Assembly (NCBI GenBank): GCA_018396535.1
Contig: JAGTQC010000005.1
Span: 32,001-96,000 of the forward strand
Reading direction: 5' to 3'
Source of the DNA: Candidatus Bathyarchaeota archaeon
GTDB lineage: Archaea; Thermoproteota; CALKCG01; B24; DRYS01
Length of the DNA: 64,000 bases
In this document: positions 18,601-28,171 of the stretch, one piece after another
Layout of the letters: each line of letters starts with the position of its first letter
Numbering within the stretch: the first letter of the stretch is position 1
Program-made: the position numbers and the translations under genes
The notes under the pieces: generated by a model
What the model was told of the DNA's origin: nothing
The model's input: the letters and a program-made list of their open reading frames with translations, nothing else
Database searches by the model: none

Positions 18601-20805
18601 GTGATCTATATGGAATGTAAAGATATACTTAATCTATTGAAATCTATTGAACCTGAAAAACTACCTGAGATACCTGATAGCTTGGATCACGTCGATCACA
18701 TCGTTAAGACCGCTTTAAGAGGCTATCCTGAGTTAGCTGCAGATCATCTCCTAAACCCTGAGCTTAGAGGTGAATTGAGTAGGATTATAGGTGATATAGT
18801 GAGACAGTTGGATCTAGTATTCGAAGGCTCAGCTATACTCGGCGATAAGGATATCGTAGTGAAGAGAGCGCGATCATATCATCTACTATTAGAGATAGCT
18901 TTAAACCTATTTGGATACGAGAGGATTCTAGCTGGTTTCTCGGATTGTGAGGTAGAGGATAGCATCCAGTATATAGAGAATGCGCTCTCCAGATGGGAAT
19001 CCATAGAGAGGAGGTGTAGCGGGGATGGAGCGCCTATAGCTGAAGCTGTTGTTAGATTATTAATAAGCGATATGAAGAAGGTTATGGCTAGTAACCCGAG
19101 AGCTGAGGGTATGGTTGCGGTTATGGGTAGATCTGTTGAAGCTCAGCTTAACCCTGATTGCTGGACTGTAAGCTTCCTTAGAGCTATGAAGAAGGAGATA
19201 GAGAGTAACATCTACTATAAGCTTAGCCGCCTCGGATTTTGTAGGTTTGGTAATGACTACGCCTTAGGTTTGAGATGGCTTCGTAGACTCGGATATGTTC
19301 AGGTATCTACTAACCCAACTTTAGCAGCTATAGCTTACGATGATGATCCATCGCTTTGGAATGTATTCCGCAAGGTATTGAGGGATGAGGTTGCTAAAAC
19401 TAATCCGGAGTGGCTTAGGGATCCAGCTAGGTATAGCGATGAACTAGCTATGAGGGCGACTATGGTTGCATTATGGCCTAACATGGAGGTTTTCAGACCG
19501 ATATTCTTCCTAAGAGAGTATAAGGATGGTATGATAAGCTATCAGTTAAACCCGAATGTAGCTGATAGTGTGGAAGGTAGTTTGAAAGATGCGTTTAAGA
19601 TCTATACATCGGCTCAGGAATACTTCAAGAAGTATGATGCGTATCTATTATGGGGCTACTCTGCTAAGATCGAGCGTGGTAGGCCTAATATAGTCTTTAA
19701 GGTTGCGGGTAGCTCGCCTGCGGCGATAGATATAACTAGGGAGCTTGAATCCCGTGGTATAGGTACGAATAATACTGTAACCTTCACCGTATCTCAGGAG
19801 GCTACTTTGATCATAGCTAAGATAGAGGGTATGGTAGATGCTGTTAAACGCGGTGTAAGGATTACGAGATGCTATGAGACGACTATGGGTGGACGGCTTG
19901 ATGATCATATGCGTGAGTATGTAGCAGCCTACTTCGTTAAGAAGGCTCTAGCTAAGCTTAGGAGTGATGTAGAGAAGGAGGAGGCTTTGAAGGTTCTAGC
20001 TTCTATGGTGAAGGCATCTATAAAGATGGAGCCTGATGGTAGGTGGATAGGTCCTACTGGATGGGGTTATGATCTCGTTGCTTCTACGGTAGATGAGAAG
20101 GTGGAGCTTATATGTTCTAGAGCGTATATACGACCCCTACATAGGGATGGATTTGCAGAATTCCTAGTTAGGTATGGTGTTTTCGAGTGTGGTGTGGAAG
20201 AGGCTAGGAGGATTCTCGAAGAGGCTGAGAGAGCTATAGGTTATGGTGGAATACTAGTTAGTCAAAGAGTTTGGTCTCTATTCTTTAGTAGGGAGAATAA
20301 GCAGAAGTGGATCGGCTACCTAATATCTAAGTATGGGCTTACAGCTGAGCAGGCTGCTGAGATAATGGATGTTATAGATGTACTACCAGCATCTAAGAGG
20401 AAGCCTGATGAAACCCTATTAACTTTAGCGGGTAATAATATGACTAATACAGAGTTTCCGGATCAGCAGATGGCTGTTGTTAAAGCTACTGGTAGCTCAT
20501 CGTTTAGGTTAGAGGATTATGAGTATTCTATACTTAAAAAGCATGATGAGAAGATAATTGAATGGCTTATGAAGTGGGATGACTTCGTAAAGGCGTTCGA
20601 ATTAACCCCTCAGCTTAGGGAGAAGTTCGAAGAGGTTGGTATAGATGTATCTGGGATGGGTGAGAGAGGATTGCAGCCTGAGGAGTGGAGTAGCTTCGGA
20701 TCGACGTATAAGACTATGAGAGGGTTTAGGCAATCTTATCTAACGTTTAGAGAGAAGGTTGTGAATATAGCTAGGGAAGTTGCTAGGGAGCTCTCCATAA
20801 CCTAG
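18601..20805 (+). CDS. Extended transaldolase-family protein (734 aa)
   Basis: STNPT, NIVFKV (Schiff-base Lys), NxTVTFTVSQ and GRLDD motifs, with a long N-terminal extension and an internal insertion. Confidence 0.75.
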   Translation: MIYMECKDILNLLKSIEPEKLPEIPDSLDHVDHIVKTALRGYPELAADHLLNPELRGELSRIIGDIVRQLDLVFEGSAILGDKDIVVKRARSYHLLLEIALNLFGYERILAGFSDCEVEDSIQYIENALSRWESIERRCSGDGAPIAEAVVRLLISDMKKVMASNPRAEGMVAVMGRSVEAQLNPDCWTVSFLRAMKKEIESNIYYKLSRLGFCRFGNDYALGLRWLRRLGYVQVSTNPTLAAIAYDDDPSLWNVFRKVLRDEVAKTNPEWLRDPARYSDELAMRATMVALWPNMEVFRPIFFLREYKDGMISYQLNPNVADSVEGSLKDAFKIYTSAQEYFKKYDAYLLWGYSAKIERGRPNIVFKVAGSSPAAIDITRELESRGIGTNNTVTFTVSQEATLIIAKIEGMVDAVKRGVRITRCYETTMGGRLDDHMREYVAAYFVKKALAKLRSDVEKEEALKVLASMVKASIKMEPDGRWIGPTGWGYDLVASTVDEKVELICSRAYIRPLHRDGFAEFLVRYGVFECGVEEARRILEEAERAIGYGGILVSQRVWSLFFSRENKQKWIGYLISKYGLTAEQAAEIMDVIDVLPASKRKPDETLLTLAGNNMTNTEFPDQQMAVVKATGSSSFRLEDYEYSILKKHDEKIIEWLMKWDDFVKAFELTPQLREKFEEVGIDVSGMGERGLQPEEWSSFGSTYKTMRGFRQSYLTFREKVVNIAREVARELSIT

Positions 20806-20867
20806 TTTTCTAAATATTAATTAATGCTTTTTAGCCAGTATGTATATGTCTGTATTGCGGTGATCTT

Positions 20868-21881
20868 ATGGCTAGACCTAAGGTATACGTAACGAGGAAG
20901 ATCCCCTCACCTGGCTTAGAGATTATAGGTGAATACTGTGATTATGAGTTGTGGCCTGATGTAGAGTATCCTCCACCGAGGAGTGTCCTGATAGAGAAGT
21001 TGAGGGATAAGGATGGACTCCTATGCTTACTAACAGATAGGATAGATGCAGAGGTTATGGATGCCGCGCCTAATCTTAAAGTGATAAGTACGTATAGTGT
21101 AGGCTATGATCATATAGATATAGAGGCTGCGACTAAGAGGGGTATCTACGTTTGCTATACTCCAGGTGTACTTACCAATGCTACAGCTGATTTTACTTGG
21201 GCTTTAATGCTAGCAGCGGCTAGGAGGGTATGTGAAGCTGATAGGTATGTGAGGAGTGGTAGGTGGGATAAGCCTTGGAATCCGTTTATGCTTCTAGGCG
21301 TGGATGTATATGGTAAAACCCTTGGTATAATAGGGTTGGGTAGGATAGGGAGGGCTGTAGCTGAGAGAGCTAGAGGCTTTAATATGAAGGTTATATACTA
21401 CGATCTATATAGGCTTTCTCCGAGTGAGGAGGCTAAGCTTGGGGTTGAGTATAGAAGTTTAGAGGATGTTTTAAGGAGTGCCGACTTCGTAAGCATCCAT
21501 GTACCTCTAAGTAAGGAGACGTATCATCTTATAGGTGAGAGGGAGCTTAGATTGATGAAGCCTTCTGCGATATTAGTTAATACTTCTAGAGGCCCAGTCG
21601 TCGATGAGAAGGCTTTGTATAAGGCTTTGAAGGAGGGTTGGATTAGAGCTGCAGGTATAGATGTATGGGAGCAGGAGCCTACACCTAAAGATAATCCTCT
21701 ACTAACGCTCGATAACATAGTGGTTGCACCGCATATAGCTAGTGCTTCTGAGGAAGCTAGATCTAGTATGGCTGAGATGGCTGCTAGGAATCTTGTAGCG
21801 GTATTGAAGGGTGAGATGCCTCCAGCTTTAGCTAACCCGGATGTATTGAAGATTAGACCTCTTAGTAAAGTTAAGGTATAG
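20868..21881 (+). CDS. gyaR: Glyoxylate reductase / D-2-hydroxyacid dehydrogenase
   Basis: SVGYDHID, GLGRIG, NTSRG, DVWEQEP and PHIAS motifs. Confidence 0.92.
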   Translation: MARPKVYVTRKIPSPGLEIIGEYCDYELWPDVEYPPPRSVLIEKLRDKDGLLCLLTDRIDAEVMDAAPNLKVISTYSVGYDHIDIEAATKRGIYVCYTPGVLTNATADFTWALMLAAARRVCEADRYVRSGRWDKPWNPFMLLGVDVYGKTLGIIGLGRIGRAVAERARGFNMKVIYYDLYRLSPSEEAKLGVEYRSLEDVLRSADFVSIHVPLSKETYHLIGERELRLMKPSAILVNTSRGPVVDEKALYKALKEGWIRAAGIDVWEQEPTPKDNPLLTLDNIVVAPHIASASEEARSSMAEMAARNLVAVLKGEMPPALANPDVLKIRPLSKVKV

Positions 21882-21891
21882 CTTAGTATCC

Positions 21892-22758
21892 CTATCCCCT
21901 GAATACCCATCTGATATATCTCATACATATCCTAGATCTACACCGTCTCCTTTTCACAGATAGTAGTAGTGCTAGTATGTATATGGATAGCATGGTTACG
22001 CCTATAACCCCGCTTACAGGTAGGTTTGCTACAACCGCTATTATAAATCCTGTTATAGATGATATGAGCGTTATAGATATGGCTTGGTTTCTAAGTTTCT
22101 CGAAGCTATGTGCGAATTCGTAGGCGATTATAGCTGGAGCTGCTATGAATAGCTCTGTGAGTAGTGCTCCTACGACTCTAAGGTTTACTACGGTACATAG
22201 GGATGCTAATATTAGTATGAGGTATCTGTAGAATTTTATATTTAACCCGTATGCCTCCGAAGATTCTGGATCAAATAACGTATACTTGAGTTCACCGTGG
22301 AATAATATTAGTACGATGATTACGATTATACTTACTGATACGAGTTCTATAAGTTCGTAATCCGTTATTCCTAGTACATCCCCTACTAGGAAACGCCAGG
22401 CGGAGGATATGTATGGGCTGCTTAAAGCTATAGCTAGAACAGCTATAGCTGTAGATGATCCGAATATTATACCTACAGACATATCACTCCTCCCCCCTAT
22501 CCTCTCCTCACTGTATCCCGATAGGATCGCGAACAGTATACTCGTAGCTACAGCTCCGATCAACGGGTTGATACCTAGGGTTATAGCTATCGTAGCTCCA
22601 GCTAGAGCTGCGTGAGCTAGAGCTGCACCTAATGCTGATAAACCTCTCAATACCATATGGACGCTAATATTAGCAGAGACTATGCTAGCTATCACGATGG
22701 CTATGAAGGCTTTGACTATTAGTATCGGTATGTTTTCAAGCATGGGAATCCATACCAC
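21892..22758 (-). CDS. znuB: Zn/Mn ABC transporter permease
   Basis: ABC-3 permease motifs (ALAHAALAG, FLVGD, FDPE.S, VGALL); multi-TM. Confidence 0.88.
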   Translation of the reverse strand: MVWIPMLENIPILIVKAFIAIVIASIVSANISVHMVLRGLSALGAALAHAALAGATIAITLGINPLIGAVATSILFAILSGYSEERIGGRSDMSVGIIFGSSTAIAVLAIALSSPYISSAWRFLVGDVLGITDYELIELVSVSIIVIIVLILFHGELKYTLFDPESSEAYGLNIKFYRYLILILASLCTVVNLRVVGALLTELFIAAPAIIAYEFAHSFEKLRNQAISITLISSITGFIIAVVANLPVSGVIGVTMLSIYILALLLSVKRRRCRSRICMRYIRWVFRG

Positions 22759-23512
22759 CCATAAACTTTACTCCATTCCTCGTATAGAAGTGTACTGGAC
22801 GCATATATGTTTCCTCTAGTAATTTCTCATCTAGTGTATCTTCTACATCACCGTATGCTATCAAGCGTCTATTTAGGAGGAGTATCTTAGTAGCGTATTC
22901 TATGAGTGGTGTTGCATCGTGGAGGACTACTATGATACATACATCTTTACTATACTCTTCGCGTATCATATCGATTATATCCTTTATGGATGGGGAGTCT
23001 ATGGCTGAGAACGGTTCATCTAATAATAGTATTTTAGGTCGTGAAGCTAACGCTCTCGCTATCAGTACCTTCTGTTGTTGCCCACTAGATAGGTGAGAGT
23101 ATGGCTCGCTCCACAGTTTATCTACACCTAATCTACGAGCTATATCTAGAGCTTCCTCCTCATCCTCATATGTAATAATCCTTGGGGGTGTTTTAGAAAG
23201 GAGTCTACCCATAAGGATTACATCTCTAACTAGCATAGGCATCCTAGGATCTATCCTCTCTCTCTGAGGGGTATAGCCTATAAGCCTCCTTATCGATCTA
23301 TCTCTATAAGGATCCTTACCTAGTACTCGAACCGATCCGGATGATGGTTTTAATATCCCCACGATCAACTTTAGTAGCGTAGTCTTCCCAGCTCCATTAG
23401 GACCTAGTACTAGTAGAAGCTCGGGTCTATTTATAGTGAAGCATATATCCGAGAGTATAGGTACACCCTCTATCTCTATATACACGTTTTCTAACTCTAT
23501 AAGAGGCTCCAT
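22736..23512 (-). CDS. znuC: Zn/Mn ABC transporter ATPase
   Basis: Walker A GPNGAGKT, GYTPQ, LSSGQQQ, LLLDEP and VLHD motifs. Confidence 0.92.
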   Translation of the reverse strand: MEPLIELENVYIEIEGVPILSDICFTINRPELLLVLGPNGAGKTTLLKLIVGILKPSSGSVRVLGKDPYRDRSIRRLIGYTPQRERIDPRMPMLVRDVILMGRLLSKTPPRIITYEDEEEALDIARRLGVDKLWSEPYSHLSSGQQQKVLIARALASRPKILLLDEPFSAIDSPSIKDIIDMIREEYSKDVCIIVVLHDATPLIEYATKILLLNRRLIAYGDVEDTLDEKLLEETYMRPVHFYTRNGVKFMGGMDSHA

Positions 23513-24495
23513 TAGCTAGCACCTCTATACCTCCTAAATGTTATCGTGAGTATGAGGATGAAGGTAGCTGCGGCCAATAGAGGTATATACTGCATCGAGT
23601 GGTATCCCTCCCTAAAGTATCCAAGTTTTAAATTAGCTAGAGATACTATTAATCCATAGGATACTATCTTAATATACTCTATGTAGCTATCTTCATATCC
23701 GGTTGGGAGAGGGTTGAATACTACGATAGGTGCACCTACATCTTTTGAAATCTCGCTTGCAATCCTACCTTCATCAAGCTCGTACTCTAATAGATGAACG
23801 ATTATAGCATCTGCAGATCTAGCTAACTCTCTAAACTCGGTGATATCCCTCGGTGCTACAGTTCTCTCTCCTCTAACCAGTATACCGGCAATCTCTATAC
23901 CCATATAATCTAGTAGTGGCTCCATATGCGATCCGGCTAGAGCCACCTTCAACCCATCCAATCTATATAGGGATTTACAGTTTTTAATCCATCCGGATAT
24001 AGCAGATATACTTTTATTAAACTGTTCGAATCTATACCTGTAGTATTCCTCCCTCCATGGATCTATAATCGATAGCGTCATATACAATGCTCTAGCTATA
24101 ACTATAGCATTCGATGGGTAGAGCCATACATAGTGTGGATTACCTCCAGGTATATACATGCTACTACTCCAATTCTCCCATCCAAGCTTGATAGCTTGTA
24201 CATCCTCAAAATATCCGAGGAATTCCTCTCTACCAACGCATACGAATATATCTGCATTCTCTAGAAGTAGTCTATCTTTAGGTTTAGGTGCATATACGTG
24301 CGGATCTATGAAGGCTGGTACTATAGTAGCAACTTCTACTAGATCTCCCCCGATATCTCTAGCTATCAAAGCTAGAGGCTCTATGGTAGCTATTATCCTA
24401 ATCCTATCGTTAACTGGTAGTGCTACTATACTAGATAATCCTATCAATAGCGTGAACTGTATTAGGAGTAGGTTTAAAAGTGGTAGTATACGCAT
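23512..24495 (-). CDS. znuA: Zn/Mn ABC transporter substrate-binding protein
   Basis: Signal peptide, DPHVY and NPHYVW metal-binding motifs, C-terminal TM anchor. Confidence 0.9.
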   Translation of the reverse strand: MRILPLLNLLLIQFTLLIGLSSIVALPVNDRIRIIATIEPLALIARDIGGDLVEVATIVPAFIDPHVYAPKPKDRLLLENADIFVCVGREEFLGYFEDVQAIKLGWENWSSSMYIPGGNPHYVWLYPSNAIVIARALYMTLSIIDPWREEYYRYRFEQFNKSISAISGWIKNCKSLYRLDGLKVALAGSHMEPLLDYMGIEIAGILVRGERTVAPRDITEFRELARSADAIIVHLLEYELDEGRIASEISKDVGAPIVVFNPLPTGYEDSYIEYIKIVSYGLIVSLANLKLGYFREGYHSMQYIPLLAAATFILILTITFRRYRGAS

Positions 24496-24504
24496 ATGAA
24501 CCCC

Positions 24505-24909
24505 CTAATGTTTATGAGGTATTCTAAAACCGCATGGGCAATATTCCGGTGTATCCAATAATCTGCATAGGCATTCTGCAAATTTATCCGATATGAAGAA
24601 ATCTATTCTTGATGATTCTTCATGCGCCTCCTCCTTCGTAAATCCTAGGATATCGTGAAGGAACCGTTCAAGAACTCTATGCTTATGTAGTAGGTTATCT
24701 ACGTAATCTACCCCCTCACTAGTTAATTTAACACCAACTCTAGGCATATATATGATATACCCTTTCAAAACGAGATTCTGAAGTATGGATATAGATGTAG
24801 GAGTTTTTACCTTGAACAATCTTGCGATTCTAGCTGGTTTAACATATTCTGAGGATAACCCTTCTCGATATATAGTAAGAAGGTATCTTGATTCTAGGTG
24901 TGTAAGCAC
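24505..24909 (-). CDS. mntR: DtxR/MntR-family metal-dependent repressor
   Basis: ESRYLLTIY, KHRVLERFL and terminal P.YCPCG..IP motifs; heads the metal ABC operon. Confidence 0.9.
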   Translation of the reverse strand: MLTHLESRYLLTIYREGLSSEYVKPARIARLFKVKTPTSISILQNLVLKGYIIYMPRVGVKLTSEGVDYVDNLLHKHRVLERFLHDILGFTKEEAHEESSRIDFFISDKFAECLCRLLDTPEYCPCGFRIPHKH

Positions 24910-24939
24910 ATGTTAGACTAACTCTAACATATATATAAA
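24910..24939 (-). promoter_or_regulatory. Predicted DtxR/MntR operator (ATGTTAGA-N5-TCTAACAT) next to a TATA box
   Basis: Perfect 8-bp inverted repeat at 24910-24930, between the minus-strand TTTATATA box (24932-24939) and the mntR GTG start. Confidence 0.7.
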
Positions 24940-24989
24940 CATTACCCAGTTTACAGGGTGGAAAGTTTATTAGGGATTATCTTCCCTAT

Positions 24990-25691
24990 ATGAGTAGGCT
25001 AATCGGGGATAGATCGATGAGTCTTACCAGAGTTCAGCGTGATATATTGAGGAAGACTGTTGAAGAAGTCTTTAAGCTTATAGAGGGTAATCCTCGTAGA
25101 TTTAAACAATCCCTAGAACTTATAGTGAATCTAAGAGATATAGATCTGAAAAAGCCTGAAAATAGATTTGTAGAAGTTATATCCCTACCGCATGGATCTG
25201 GTAAGCCTGCTAGGATCTGTTTAATAGCTTCGGGTGCTCTAGCTTCTCAAGCTAAAAATGTAGGAGTGGATCTTATATTAGATCCGAATGATCTAGCATC
25301 GTATGGTAGTGATAAGAGGAAGGGGAAGAAGTTAGCTAGAGAATATGATTTCTTCCTAGCTGAAGCTCAATATATGGGTCTCGTAGGTAGATATCTAGGT
25401 ACATTCCTAGGTCCGAGAGGGAAAATGCCTACACCTATTACACTAACAACATCTCTAGAAGATATTGTAAAATCTCTTAAGAACAGTGTTAGAATTAGGG
25501 TTAGGACAAATCCTCAAGTAAAGTGTAGGATTGGTATTGAAGGTATGACGGTGGATGAGGTAGTTGATAATATAGAATCTGTCTTTTCTAAAATTATAAG
25601 TAGGATGCCTAAAGGTATGGGAAATGTAGATAGTATATATCTGAAGGGTACTATGACCCCTGCTATTAAGGTAAATTTAAGTAAGGTGTGA
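24990..25691 (+). CDS. rpl1: 50S ribosomal protein L1
   Basis: RRFKQSLELIVNL, LPHG and LGPRGKMP motifs; start may be ATG 25017. Confidence 0.97.
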   Translation: MSRLIGDRSMSLTRVQRDILRKTVEEVFKLIEGNPRRFKQSLELIVNLRDIDLKKPENRFVEVISLPHGSGKPARICLIASGALASQAKNVGVDLILDPNDLASYGSDKRKGKKLAREYDFFLAEAQYMGLVGRYLGTFLGPRGKMPTPITLTTSLEDIVKSLKNSVRIRVRTNPQVKCRIGIEGMTVDEVVDNIESVFSKIISRMPKGMGNVDSIYLKGTMTPAIKVNLSKV

Positions 25692-25694
25692 TAG

Positions 25695-26645
25695 ATGTCT
25701 ACTGTAAAATTGTCTATTAAAAAGGAGAGAAAGATAAAGCAGTTTGAAGAATTGAAATCACTTATTTTAAATTATCCTACCATTATCGTAGCTAGATTAT
25801 ATAGGGTTGATGCTAATTATCTGCATGATCTAAGGATAAAATTTAGGGGAAGAATGATTTTCAAAGTTGCAAAAAATACATTATTTAAGAAAGCTTTAGA
25901 AGAAGTTTATGGTAAAAATATAGAAATAGATAAATTTAGTTCTATATTATTTGGTGAAAACGTATTTATATTCACTAAAGATAACCCTTTTAAAGTATAT
26001 TTAGATTTATATAGGAGTAAGATATTTGTATCCCCATCACCTGGAGATATAGCGCCAGATGATATAGTTATACCTGAAGGGGATACAGGTATACCACCTG
26101 GACCTGCTATAAGTGATTTCAGTCAATTAGGTATCGAAACCAGAATAGTTAAGGGTACTATACATATCGTTCGGAGTAAGGTTCTAGTGCATAAAGGTGA
26201 GAAGATATCGCTAGAAGTTGCTAACCTTTTATCGAAACTCGGTATGAAACCTATAGCTATATGGCTTGATCCTAAAGGAGCTTTAACCGATGGCATCTTC
26301 ATACAGGAGGATGTATTAAAGATAGATCCAGAGATTTATAGAGGTATATTTAGAGACGCGGTATTATCCGCCTTCAATTTAGCAGTTAGCATAGAGTATC
26401 CGACTGTAGAAGTTCTACCTACGCTTATACTAAAAGCTCACAGTATAGCATTATCGTTAGCTTCGTATATAGCCTTACCTATGCCTGAGATGATTATGAA
26501 TCATATAGTGAAAGCTGTAGCGATCGCTAATACCTTATACTCACTAATCGAGGGTAAAACTAAAGAGAAGGAGGAAACTTTAAAAGAGGGAGAAGAACCT
26601 AGTGAAGAAGAGGGGTTGGGAGGTCTAGCCGCCCTCTTCGGATAG
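25695..26645 (+). CDS. rpl10: 50S ribosomal protein L10 (P0)
   Basis: KNTL, GDIAPDDI, GDTGIPPGP motifs and acidic tail ending GLAALFG. Confidence 0.97.
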   Translation: MSTVKLSIKKERKIKQFEELKSLILNYPTIIVARLYRVDANYLHDLRIKFRGRMIFKVAKNTLFKKALEEVYGKNIEIDKFSSILFGENVFIFTKDNPFKVYLDLYRSKIFVSPSPGDIAPDDIVIPEGDTGIPPGPAISDFSQLGIETRIVKGTIHIVRSKVLVHKGEKISLEVANLLSKLGMKPIAIWLDPKGALTDGIFIQEDVLKIDPEIYRGIFRDAVLSAFNLAVSIEYPTVEVLPTLILKAHSIALSLASYIALPMPEMIMNHIVKAVAIANTLYSLIEGKTKEKEETLKEGEEPSEEEGLGGLAALFG

Positions 26646-26658
26646 GAGGTGGTGGAAT

Positions 26659-26979
26659 CTGGAGTATATATATGCAGCTCTACTCTTATACCACTCTGGA
26701 CAGAAGATAGATGAAGAGAATTTAAGGAAAGTATTAAATGCAGCATCGTTAACACCAGATGAAGCTAGACTTAAATCACTAGTAGCAGCTCTTTCAGAAG
26801 TAGATATCGGTGAGGTTATAAAATCTGCAGGGGTATCCATATCTACTCCAACTCAGGTAGCAACTACAGCAAGTAGAGTAGAATCTAAAGCTGCGGAAGC
26901 TAAAGAAGAGAAGAAGGAGAAGGAGAAGGAAGAGGAGAAGGAAGAAGCCTTAGAAGGGTTAGCTGCATTATTCGGTTAA
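26659..26979 (+). CDS. rpl12: 50S ribosomal stalk protein P1/L12 (106 aa; apparent CTG start; not in ORF track)
   Basis: Manual translation (CTG)EYIYAALLLYHSGQKIDEENL...EEALEGLAALFG; SD GGAGGTG at 26645-26651. Confidence 0.95.
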   Translation: MEYIYAALLLYHSGQKIDEENLRKVLNAASLTPDEARLKSLVAALSEVDIGEVIKSAGVSISTPTQVATTASRVESKAAEAKEEKKEKEKEEEKEEALEGLAALFG

Positions 26980-27012
26980 CGATGACCGGTGAAGGTAACT
27001 CGATACTGCTAG

Positions 27013-27324
27013 TCATCTTAATGGTATCCTCTTAATAGTGCCGCATCTAAGACATGTTATTACGACTTTAGTAACTCCATCAGATCGTATTCTTATACGA
27101 CATGTATATCCTGGCACTATGAAACGTTTACATTTCTTACATAATAGATATCGCTTATATATTCTTGGTATTCTAACCTTTGCTTTCATGGAGATCCTCC
27201 GAGCTATCTCTATATACCTATCTGCTCTCCTCGGATTTTTTTCGAAGCATTTTAATGCCAGTTCGAATAATTTCTCTATCCGCTCCAAGGCTATCTTCTT
27301 CCTTCTTCTACTCATCCCCTCCAC
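27013..27324 (-). CDS. rnp4: RNase P protein Rpp21
   Basis: IALERIEKLF, ADRY, CKKC..PG and CLRCG motifs. Confidence 0.93.
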   Translation of the reverse strand: MEGMSRRRKKIALERIEKLFELALKCFEKNPRRADRYIEIARRISMKAKVRIPRIYKRYLLCKKCKRFIVPGYTCRIRIRSDGVTKVVITCLRCGTIKRIPLR

Positions 27325-27430
27325 CGGTATTAGATTTATCGAAGCTAGATACCTATAACGATCATTTCACAAGTTAGCTAGGCTGTAGATAAAGATATCT
27401 ATAAGTCTAGACTTAGAATTTCATATCCAC

Positions 27431-28171
27431 ATGTCGTTTAGAAAGTTGATACTGATAATTGCAGAATCAGCTTTAGAGCTTATCCCTAACGAACTTAAGA
27501 ATCATCCAGACATAGTACGTTTTGCTAGAAAAACCGGTATAGATGTGGACTATATAATATTGGATAGAAGCTATCATCATCATGCTATGTTGAAATTGAA
27601 GGATTCTAATAAACGTGGTAGACCTGATATAGTACATTATACGCTTCTTTCAGTATTGGAGACACCGTTATGTTGGGATGGGATGCTAGAGGTCCATGTA
27701 CATACATACGGTAATAACGTTATACATATAGATCCTGAGGTTAGATTACCTAAGAACCATCTTAGATTTCAGGGTATTATCAGACAGGTATTCAGGCATG
27801 GTAAAGTCCCCCCGAATTCAAAGAAGCCCTTGCTAGAACTTCATCGTGAAACACTTAAAGTACTTATTGGAGAGGTTAAGCCAGATATCCTCATAGGACT
27901 CTCTGAAAAGGGTAAACCTGAAACTATAGCTAGACTATCATCTAGGCTTATAAAGTATGAAAGACCTGCCATAATCATAGGGGGGTTTCCACATGGAGAT
28001 TTCTCTGAAGATACTCTAAAATTACTCGATGAACTGGTATGTGTAGATCCTAAGCCGATGCATGCATGGATAATCGCCGCTAGGATAGTTCATAGCTTCG
28101 AAGAGGTGTTAGGTCTCGATGAAAGGAGATTAAGTATGCTAACATCATATGGAGGATATAAACCCTCTTAA
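27431..28171 (+). CDS. nep1: Nep1/Emg1 16S rRNA pseudouridine N1-methyltransferase
   Basis: AESALELIP, LDRSYHH, RGRPDIVH, RLPKN and GGFPHG motifs. Confidence 0.95.
   Translation: MSFRKLILIIAESALELIPNELKNHPDIVRFARKTGIDVDYIILDRSYHHHAMLKLKDSNKRGRPDIVHYTLLSVLETPLCWDGMLEVHVHTYGNNVIHIDPEVRLPKNHLRFQGIIRQVFRHGKVPPNSKKPLLELHRETLKVLIGEVKPDILIGLSEKGKPETIARLSSRLIKYERPAIIIGGFPHGDFSEDTLKLLDELVCVDPKPMHAWIIAARIVHSFEEVLGLDERRLSMLTSYGGYKPS

Noticed and set aside
24971-24988. Short inverted repeat TAGGGA-N6-TCCCTA before rpl1, considered as an L1 autoregulatory site
   Set aside because: It is only 6 bp, overlaps the TATA-like box so is probably not transcribed, and lacks a recognisable L1-binding internal loop.
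26625-26840. 71-aa minus-strand ORF
   Set aside because: It is the antisense shadow of rpl12.
26900-26950. Purine-only GAA/AAG low-complexity run
   Set aside because: It encodes the normal Glu/Lys-rich hinge of P1/L12.
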